DNA from: Mytilus trossulus
Taxonomy: Eukaryota
NCBI RefSeq assembly: GCF_036588685.1
Contig: NC_086386.1
Span: 17,298,001-17,362,000 of the forward strand
Length of the DNA stretch: 64,000 nt
Direction: 5' to 3'
Part shown: positions 27,577-37,400 of the stretch, one piece after another
How the letters are laid out: each line of letters starts with the position of its first letter
Numbering within the stretch: position 1 is the stretch's first letter
Translations under genes and position numbers: made by a program
Notes under the pieces: model-generated
What the model saw: the letters and a program-made list of their open reading frames with translations, nothing else
Told to the model about the DNA's origin: nothing
The model's database searches: none

Positions 27577-28670
27577 TACAAAGAAAATACAAAACAGAAT
27601 GTCCCTTATCAAATGGAAAAGTCAATCTCAAATACTCCAAACAAATGAAAAACGACTGCCATATCTATAACTTGGAACAGGTATTTCCTGATGAAGAAAA
27701 TGATGGATTAAACCAGGTCTATAGCTAGGTTAACCTCTCACTTGTATGACAGTCGCATATAATAGTAGAGAATGGTTATCTTATTCTTTGTCTTTTTGTC
27801 TTTTTTCTTGTTTTGCCATGTCATTGTCATTTCGTTTTCAATTTACGAAAGTGAACATCCTTTTAGTATCTTCTGCTTTTTGTTATCGAAGCAGTAGGTC
27901 TTATAGATTCAACTTTGTTTTTTTCTTAAATACCAAAATGATTTTGTTTGAACTATTTCGATTGTTCGTTTCATTGATTAACATTGAGAGCATAATTTGG
28001 AAAGTATTCAAGGACATCCTCTATTATACTAGCCTCTGACCTTTAAGCACGGTGTGTCATTATTTTCATCTCGAATCCCAAAATGGTTTGCATTCATATA
28101 GCTGTATATATGTGTATAAAAACTAGATAAAGATACATAGGAAATATAGGTAGCCTGCGGTAGTACAGTGGTGAAAAAGTATGATACCGATGTCAGTGTG
28201 CATGGCAAAATAAAAGGTTTGTGAAGCCGAATTATTGTTGTTTGTTGGAACCGTTACTTGTAAGATGGTATCAACTGCGACTGTCAGATCATCAAAAGCA
28301 GGCAAAATTTATCCTACAAACCTACTCAAATCACCATTTCAAAGTGTTTACGAAGTGTCAAATAGAAATTTTAGTTTTGTAATCAAAGTGTACTCTTAAT
28401 TTTAAAAAGGGACTCGTATTTAAATGCACCATCTTTCTGTTAATGTGACACAAATTCATATTTTACATAATTCTAAATTAAGTAACATTTGCCTCAAATA
28501 ACAAATGACGATGAAACAATTTATTTATTTAAAGTTGACGAACTTCCTTGTTATGTGCATTGTCTATCACACCGGAAATTCCTTGTTAAGCATGTCAATT
28601 TGATTTTCCTGTCATAGTACAAACTATATACTTTCCGCTTTCAAAACAAATTAAATTGTTGAAATAGCAA

Positions 28671-30353
28671 ATGGCGTGTAGCGCACAGGTTCCTTTGTGT
28701 TGTCAGTTTTGTGAAAACATTAATGAAATTAAATGGAAATGCTTTGATTGCTCATTGTTACTTTGTGATAAGTGTAAAATCAAGCTGCATTCAAAAGTGT
28801 CGTTTCAGAAAGAACACAATATCGTAGACATACGGAATGTAAGTCAAATAAAAGTTTCTTCAAACGAGAATTTGGACAGATATCTGACATTATCATGTCA
28901 TCTGCATTCGTCCAAATCCTGCTGTCTGTTTTGTAAAACATGTGACAATCTTATATGTCCAGTGTGTCTTCTTCAAAATCACAAAGATCACGAGTTGGAA
29001 CAAATTCACGAGGCTTTCCAAAGGAAAAGGACTACATTGGAAAACATTGTAGATAACATCGATAAAGAATGCCTTGGGATTGTACAGAAAGAACAACAAA
29101 CCTTCGATGAACTCTGGTCTAAACATCAGCATCAACAACAAAAGACAAAAGAAAGCATTCAAGAACAAACGGAAACCTTAACAAGTCAAATATCATCTTA
29201 CAGTTCGAAACTATTAGAACAACACCACAGCTTCAACCATGGATTGAACGGCATGTTCGAGTCAAAGAAAAAAGTCTTAGATCAACATGAGCAGGATTTA
29301 CTAGACAAAAGAAATAAGATTGAAACAATTCTAAATTCAACAAATTTAGCAGAAGTATTTGAACATTCAAAGGGTTTATCTAAACCACCGGAAATCACAA
29401 AACCAGACTTATCAAATGCCATGTTGGGCTTTCTTGAAGGACAAGCTTTAGATGAGAATCATCTGCAACGGATTTTTGGGTCTTTAGTAGAAATCCGTCC
29501 ATTCAAAACTTACACAACAGACTTGCCAGACGTAGGAGTAATCGCATGGCATGGTGATTACTTATGGGTTGCCAATAAGGAAAGGAAAACTCTTCAGAAA
29601 ATTAAGCCTGGACTTGTTCTGGAAATTGAATCGTGTATGAATGACATAGAAATTAGTGATTTTTCTGTTACAAAATCTGGAGAATTGATACTTAAACTTT
29701 CGAAATCGAACAAACTGAAAATTTTATCACAAAATGGGAAACAAAAAATACTTCGAGATTTTTCCTCAATGAAACCAACGGCTGTCTATGTTTCTGGAGT
29801 TGGTGACGTCATTGTTGGTGTTAAAGAAAATGGACCAAATTTTGTTCTTTCTGGAAATAGCAGACGACAACTTGTTACCCTGACACCTAGTGGTAAGAAT
29901 AAGACTACATTTGAATATGATCAAAATGATAAAAGGTTGTTCACCTACGTGTGGAATATTACGTCCACTATGTCAGGAGACATATGCGTCATTGATCGGC
30001 TTTCTGACGAATTTGATGGAAGGCTAGTTATGGTTGACCCCAACGGTCAGCCAAAATGGGTTTATCATGGACAATCGAAAGACAGATATATAATTGATGC
30101 ATTCAAGCCCCGTAACATAATTGCAGTAGAAGATGGGAATATAATAGTAACGGAGAGACTAAATCATTTGCTTTATGTTTTTTCATCATCCGGGCGTCTT
30201 CTTGTTCGAATGGTGACATCAGGAATTGATATTTACCTTCCACAGTCACTCTGTGTTGACACTCTTGGAAATCTCTGGATCGGCTGTGGTACTTACAGAG
30301 GAGAACGTAATCATGCAAAAATCCATCGGACCCAACTTTGTCTCTTGAAATAA
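28671..30353 (+). CDS. Intronless RING-less TRIM-like protein: B-box1, B-box2, coiled coil, NHL-type beta-propeller (560 aa)
   Basis: Single ORF. B-box1 CQFC..CFDC..CDKC..H..H; B-box2 CHLH..CKTC..ICPVC..HKDH; Q/E/K-rich heptads; NHL-like blades (PTAVYVSGVGDVIV, PRNIIAVEDGNIIV, PQSLCVDTLGNLWIG). No N-terminal RING. Confidence 0.9.
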   Translation: MACSAQVPLCCQFCENINEIKWKCFDCSLLLCDKCKIKLHSKVSFQKEHNIVDIRNVSQIKVSSNENLDRYLTLSCHLHSSKSCCLFCKTCDNLICPVCLLQNHKDHELEQIHEAFQRKRTTLENIVDNIDKECLGIVQKEQQTFDELWSKHQHQQQKTKESIQEQTETLTSQISSYSSKLLEQHHSFNHGLNGMFESKKKVLDQHEQDLLDKRNKIETILNSTNLAEVFEHSKGLSKPPEITKPDLSNAMLGFLEGQALDENHLQRIFGSLVEIRPFKTYTTDLPDVGVIAWHGDYLWVANKERKTLQKIKPGLVLEIESCMNDIEISDFSVTKSGELILKLSKSNKLKILSQNGKQKILRDFSSMKPTAVYVSGVGDVIVGVKENGPNFVLSGNSRRQLVTLTPSGKNKTTFEYDQNDKRLFTYVWNITSTMSGDICVIDRLSDEFDGRLVMVDPNGQPKWVYHGQSKDRYIIDAFKPRNIIAVEDGNIIVTERLNHLLYVFSSSGRLLVRMVTSGIDIYLPQSLCVDTLGNLWIGCGTYRGERNHAKIHRTQLCLLK

Positions 30354-31038
30354 TATTTTACATTTAAATGTGTATAACTGTGTAAGGCGATCTGTAAAAT
30401 TACTGTTATATTTTATTATCAAATTTATGACAGAAAAAATTTCTACAGATATTTTTTTTATCAGAATTTTTTTCAGAATTGTGAAATCTCCACGATCCAC
30501 TCTCCCAAAAAATGATCTAAAAAAACTAATGAAAACAAAAAAAGGATGAAATAGTTAAGAACTGATGAGAAATGGGCATCTTTTGATATCAAGCTTTATA
30601 TAAGTGGACATTTCGAAATAAAATCATATATAACTGTACAGAACAGTTTGTTTCCTCGTACACTAGACTTTGTACATGATACAAGTAAGAGAGCAAATTG
30701 TTCTATTCTTTCGGGCTTGATGTCAAACGTTATCACAATCAGACAGATATGATACTTGTCTTCGAACAAATGTTCATGTCATTATTGAACTTTGACTGAT
30801 AATATTTGACCACATGAATACACATAAATAGAAATATGGCGTGTAGGTCAATTAGATAGTTATCCAGCGACAGAAATGACATATTCACATAGGGCAAAAT
30901 GTAGTCTTCATAAAGTATACGGTTTTACCGGTGTCAAAACAATATTTTAGTGTTTTAATCGTCCCTAGCATTTAAAAGATAACAAAAAGTAAAAAAATCT
31001 GCAATCAGTTCTAATTTCTCTACGTAAAGTTCAAAATG

Positions 31039-31250
31039 AAGGCAACAGTAGTACACCGCTGTTCGAAATTCATAAATCTATAAAGAAAAAAACCAAATGC
31101 AAGTTACAAACTAAAACTGAGGGACACGCATCAAGTATAAGAGAACTACGACACAACAGAAACACAACATTAAAATGTAACACACAGAAAAATGAACTAT
31201 AATATCACAATGTCCATTTCCCTGACTTGGTACAGGGCATTTTAAGATAA
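31039..31250 (+). repeat. Representative of a second dispersed family (AAGGCAACAGTAGTATACCGCTGTTC..ACAAACTAAAAC); copies near 34697, 35069, 40263, 42372
   Basis: Repeated motif chain seen directly. Confidence 0.75.
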
Positions 31251-31489
31251 AAAGATATGATATAAGAAAACGATTACATATATATTGTATGTATGTTCAG
31301 GAATACATGTTCGTCTTGTTATGTACCTTATTGACAGCTATTTGGTTTACCTAAATCGCTACAAATCCTCAATATAAAATCATTGTAATTACAAAATTTA
31401 TGTAACGGTTCCTATCTTATCGATACAATCACTTATATAAATAATGTATCTTTAGACCATTCCTCATACGATGTAAGAACATCATAAAA

Positions 31490-34400
31490 ATGGGAAACCA
31501 TTCTAGTTGGACATGTATTTGTGTTCTTTTGTCTTTAATATGTAAGTAAATTTTGTTTTAAACGCATTACAGTACATATTCAATATCGAAAACAACAGAT
31601 GGTGAGGTTCAATTTCAAATTTAGAGCTATTTGACACATGTTTATCATCACGACCTTTAGAATTTGGTTCATGTCAGGAATATCATTGATTATTTATGGA
31701 TCTGTATGTAAACCTATGTTTCAAACTTTGCATTTTTATCGGTTATTTATACAAGGACAAAATATTTTTCTTACATACTATAAATACGATTGTGGGCGAG
31801 CAGGCTTTAAAAATTGTACGCGGGCGAGTAGGCTTTGAATAATTTTACTTCAAACTTAGTTTAGTCCTCCATTTTATTTAGAAATTATCCGTAAGTAGAA
31901 CAAGGATATGAAAGAAGTTCCTATAGTTGTTGATATGCCAATATGTTTCAGTTTTCTGCATTGTTTAATGGATATTAGACTGTGACCTTTGATCTTTTAT
32001 GTACTACATGTATATATAGTGCATTCGTTATTTCTCATGGTCTCTTATCATAATTATCTTTATAACTTTGTAACTTTCAAAAAAGGTCAGTAAAATTTTA
32101 TATTTTTTTATTCAAAAAGTACGAAGCTATTTGCGGGTAAACGATAATCAAAAATGTAACACAACCACTGTCAAAAGAAAAAAGACTAGAATAAAAGACA
32201 CGGAATATTGCACCAAATATTTAGTTTGGGAAACTCAAAAACTCAAATGCTAATAACCGTTTACTTTGTCTACATTCATAGCAAATTGCAACTGTTTCGG
32301 TTCTTTTTCGTCCTTTGCTTTCGAATACTCGGCATTAGGGGTTCCTCATGAAGAAAGTGTTTTTTTTCTTCTTTTTTTTCTAATAACAGGTTAACAGTAT
32401 AATAGAGAAAAAAGTATTTTACCTATATTAAAAATCTCATAATATGAAAAAGATAATGTGGTACAAGTATGATTGTCAATGAAACAAATATCCACCAGGG
32501 GTTAAAATGAAGTGGTAGTATGCTATTATAGGCAACCTTCGAAATCTGTATTATTTTTCTCAGGAAATTGAGAAAAACAATACCGTATAGTCAACTATGA
32601 AAGACCCAAACATGTAAAAATGAGAAACAAATCAAAAGCGAAAACTAACGCCAAATTGAGTAACACAACAATTCATGAAAATCAAATATGACAGATATAA
32701 TACCTCTGTTGTACAGTTTTCTGATTTTGGGTAGGCACATAATACATTAGATGAGTTTAAAATGTCTGTGAGCGTTGAACACACCCCATAGTATTAGAAA
32801 GTGGTGAAACAGCGAACACTTTAAAATTCGTTAGGAAGATACAAATCAAGGTAATAATCCAAATTGACGTATACTCATGAAATCATAAAGAAGCGAATCT
32901 AAATGCATAGGCAGTCTCTCTCTATACATGGATCTCCAGCATTTGTGAATCTGATTATAATGAACGAGGAAATTAAGATATTATTGTAAGATCGACAAAC
33001 GGAACATATCCATGAAAATGCCGGTTAAGTAGCGTCATTGTTAACTTATCCTTCTAAGAAGGAAATCCTGAGTCAGAATTTCAGACAAAGTCACATAAGT
33101 AGAAAATTTATTGTGCTGCTTCAATGCTATTACGGAACATATGAATAAAAATGTACATGGGAAAGTGGAAGTTGTGAATTTGGTTAACAAATTGGGGGGG
33201 GGGGGGGGGGGGTAACTTTAACAAAAATTCTTGTTTTACAACATGTATAGATAAAAGTTGATATAATGATGTTTTTATCACTGTAATGTAAATTTTCAAC
33301 TGTAGTACAATAGTCACAGTTAAAGTTCAAAATATAGTTGAAATCTAGGTTGAAACAGCATTATTGATAATCAATACCTGTTGATGTTGACGATCTCTTT
33401 CAGTGTTAAAGAAAGCAAAAAAGTGTTCCCTCATAACTAAATGAGAAACCATATCAGATATTGATTAAAAGGCTTTATCATGTGGACGTTTATTATTTGT
33501 AATTATAAGTATTTACGATCAACTGAGAATTCAAAAAAAAAGTGTCTTCCCTATTTTGATCTCAATCCTCCTTAACAGATAAAATTCGAAACAATGATCA
33601 AAACTAAAACAAATAAAGTATCTTACTTGGGGTTTCTTAAAATCAAACTAAATATGATAATATTTTGTATTATAGGTCCGTTACATGTCAGAACATTTCT
33701 TGTGAGTTCAGGTGGTATGTAAATATTTTAAATTCTTTATAAAAAAAAAGAAATACTGATCGAGTGAATATAAATGCATTAGAAAGATTAATAAAAAAAA
33801 ACACAAAAAAGAGATGAATGCATACGAACAGACAGAAAAGTCAAACAGGAAAATAAATTTATGAAGGTTACTATCCAGCAAAAACTGCTCCAGTTTTTTT
33901 TTATCACTACTATGGCAATATATTAAAAGTTATTTTTGATTTGTTGAGAATAAAATTCACAAATAATAATGAAGAAGTGTGTCTACGTAATGGTATAAAT
34001 ATATTTTCACACTTAAAGTTTATCCATGCATGTCGGTTATACCAAAGCTGGACTATGAAATGAACAGGGTACCCAATATGAATGTTGCCAGAATCGAGTG
34101 CTTTTACAGAGAGTATATGTGATACGTCATATATGAGATGGCACCCCTACCTCTAAAAAGGAAATATTACTTTAAACATCGTATGTGTCCGAAGCGCTTT
34201 TTGAGGTTGACCTTCATCCGAAACTCTCAAGACAACAAGAAATAAAGCCAAGGCTATATGCATACCAGAACACTGAGCGAGCTATATGACCAAACGATAC
34301 GTTTAAGTAATAGCCAAGTCCATTAAAGATTAGTTAACTTTACTCGAAGTAGTTTTAATTTCAGTTTACCAAGAATTTATGTTATCAATATATCTGTAAC

Positions 34401-37400
34401 TACACACTGATTACTACTGAGTATACGCTCATGGGCTGACTGAAGTTTAAAATAAATTATATGGTCATGGCAGGTTTTGAGTCGCTGTTGAATTCATCAA
34501 AATCTTTCTGTGTTTTATTTGTAGGACAAGAATTACCAGAGGAATGTAAATATTTTGGATCATTTCAAGGTATGTTTGGTCCACGTTATAAAAATTGTGA
34601 AGAAAACATTGTTTCCTACCACAAATTCGTCAATGACAATACGCTAATAATGTAAATATCATTGACGACCGGTTTTTCGATCGTTCAAGTATATAAAAGC
34701 AACAATAGTATACCGCTGTTCAAAAGTCTTAAATCGATACAGAGAATACAAATCCGGGTTACAAACTTAAACCGAAAAAAACACATCAGCTATGAAACCC
34801 ATACTGTATAATGATTAAATATGTATGGTTAAGGTGGCAATATGTGATACAATACAAAAGAAAAAAATATCATTAACAAAAACAATTATGACATGCTACC
34901 AAGGGGGAATACCAAACAACTGATTTCTGGTTTGGGATAGGGAAATAAACTTTTTAATAAATAAAGTCTGGTACTGGAACGTGTTTCTAGGAGCTCAACC
35001 CTCCTATAACCTGACTCTGTGATGTAACAGTACATTTCGGGGACTGTTATAGCTGACTAAGTATATAAAAGCAACAATAGTATACCGCTGTTCAAAAGTC
35101 TTAAATCGATAGAGAGAATACAAATCCGGGTTACAAACTTAAACCGAGAAAAACACATCAGCTATAAGAGGAAAACAACGGAAAAACAGAAACACTGAAG
35201 TGCAACAAAAACAAAGTTTTTAACACCAACATACATAGAAACGGACTTTTCGAAAACAACTGTCATATTCCTGACTTAGCACACGACATTTTACGTAAAA
35301 ATGGTGAGTTGAAACTGGTGTAATAAGCTAGCCAAAATCTTCCGCTTATATGACAATATAAAAATTATCGCTAGAATGACAATACTACGTAAATGTAGAT
35401 TTGGATTCCTGAAATTATATGAAGTTCAATACTTTTCATTTTTTGTATATGACTAAATTGGTAAAATAAATACGTTATCTAAATATGTGAATCGTTCTAA
35501 TTATGTTATATAGATGCAGTTGAAAGTATAAAAAGAATATTGGAAAATAATGAATACTTACGTAAGTATATGAATAATACATCACCGTTTAGTATATGTT
35601 TTTTCTTAATCTATGTTACTTCAAAGTTGTAATTGTCAAAAAATCTAAAAATTACAAACTGCAATTGTTATGTGTTTCAAGTACAAAATATATTCAGCTA
35701 ACATGTCAACTTTATACCTATTATAGAATTTTCGGACATACATGTTAGATTGTAGAGTATACGTAAGAAATAAAAAGAATCCAGATAGAATAATATTATT
35801 TAATCAATTTTTCAGAATTACAAGTAGCCAGTAACTTTGCAAAATCGCTTATAGATTTACCTTTAGGTGAGTGTATAACTATATAACAGGTCGGTCGAAT
35901 TTTACGATTTGAAGGAAAATAGTTATGAAACTCAAACTTATTGAATTAGTTCTTTAAAATGAGCTCAACATCAACTCACATGAGCTGAAACACACATAGA
36001 CTCACTGATAAAAAAAATGTTAAAAAGAGTTGTCCATGCAGTTGAAGTTATACATTTAAGTTTGGTTTGTTCGACATTATTTTATGAAATTACCAAAAAT
36101 TCGGATCATTAAGATAAAAGACATATGTCTGTTGTCAGTAAGATAAATCGTCTGAGTGAATGTCTACTATATCCGAACATTATAGTGATAAACCAGTTGA
36201 ATTGAGCCTTAAGTATTATAATATACATGATTGTCCATCTATGATATTATGTGCGCAATAAGGTATACATAATAACAAGATATGATCATAAGTACTTAAT
36301 ATCATCAAGATTGTTTCGTAGTCTATTCATTTATTCTTTAATCCATCCGTACTTCAAATGTTGTTTACAGTTGATTTGTTTACTCTTTTTAGAGACAGAA
36401 GAAACAGAGTACAACAGAGCAATTATCGGTATAGTACATTTCACCTTTGCATCCATATATAAAAACAGACACTTGTTAGACACTAAGCGCTTTTTTCATT
36501 TTTTAAAACGTCGCACTTCACATTATGATATTTCAGAAAAATATTGTTGATTGTAACAAAATTTGAAGTTGTTTATATATCACCGTTTAGTTAACAGTTT
36601 ACGTCGCAGTATGTACAAGTATTCTGTTTTCTGTCAAGTGCCCTAATTTACATTTTCACTCTAGAAGGAAATATTTAAATTTTAATATTCCCCCTCTGTG
36701 GAAGTATTTGAATTTATCTATTCTTCCTCATGGGAAGTACCTAAATTCGCTTATTCCATCTCATTGGAAGTGTCTTCATATAATACAAGGAAATATCATA
36801 TGATTGCAAAGTTGACTATCCACCAACAGACCAATGAGAGCCGTGGTGTAGTGGTTAGAGCATCGGACTACTAACACAAAGGTTCCTGGTTCGATTCCCG
36901 TTTGGGATGAAAATTTCAGGAACTCAATTTTCGGCTCTCCCTTGACACCATTTGCGAGTATGGTCTTAAGGAAACGATGATAGTCCGTCGGAAGGGGACG
37001 ATAAATAGCTGACCCGTGTTAAGAGAGAGCCATATCTCTTGCACGTTAAAGACACCCTTGTAGATTTCGAAAAAGAGTAGGCTAATGCCGCTACAAGGCA
37101 GCACTCGCACCCGCAAAGTGGAAAGGGATTAATATAAGTTGCAAAACTTGTTTCCCAATCCACTATAAATAAATATGTTTAAACTAAACTAAACAGACCA
37201 ATGACAGGGATTACACAACTGTATGTCACCGTTATACCTCTAACGATGCGCAAACCCCATACTGTATAATGAGTATATTTAAGGTTAAGGTGGCAACATG
37301 TGATACAATACAAAAGAAAAAAATAACATTAACGAAAACAATTATGACATGCTACCAAGGAGGAAAACCAAACAACTGATTTCTGGTTTGGGATAGGGAA

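Noticed and set aside
27387-27728. Short ORFs with poly-Arg runs
   Set aside because: They translate the (GAC)n microsatellite of a HINE-type element.
28893-30500. Minus-strand ORFs over the TRIM-like gene (also 54865-55095 over ASB)
   Set aside because: Antisense shadows of real coding sequence.
33194-33212. G19 run (and G17 at 53490-53506) as a functional G-quadruplex
   Set aside because: Simple homopolymers with no supporting context; lengths are error-prone.
33594-33675. Alternative in-frame start (MIKTKTNK...) for the three-finger gene
   Set aside because: Open by read-through of the intron end but a poor signal peptide. Exon 31490-31541 gives a better signal, a GTAAGT donor and the right phase. 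Not fully excluded.
36838-36910. Functional tRNA gene
   Set aside because: The anticodon and acceptor stems do not pair properly, and the sequence continues into a SINE body, tail and TSD.
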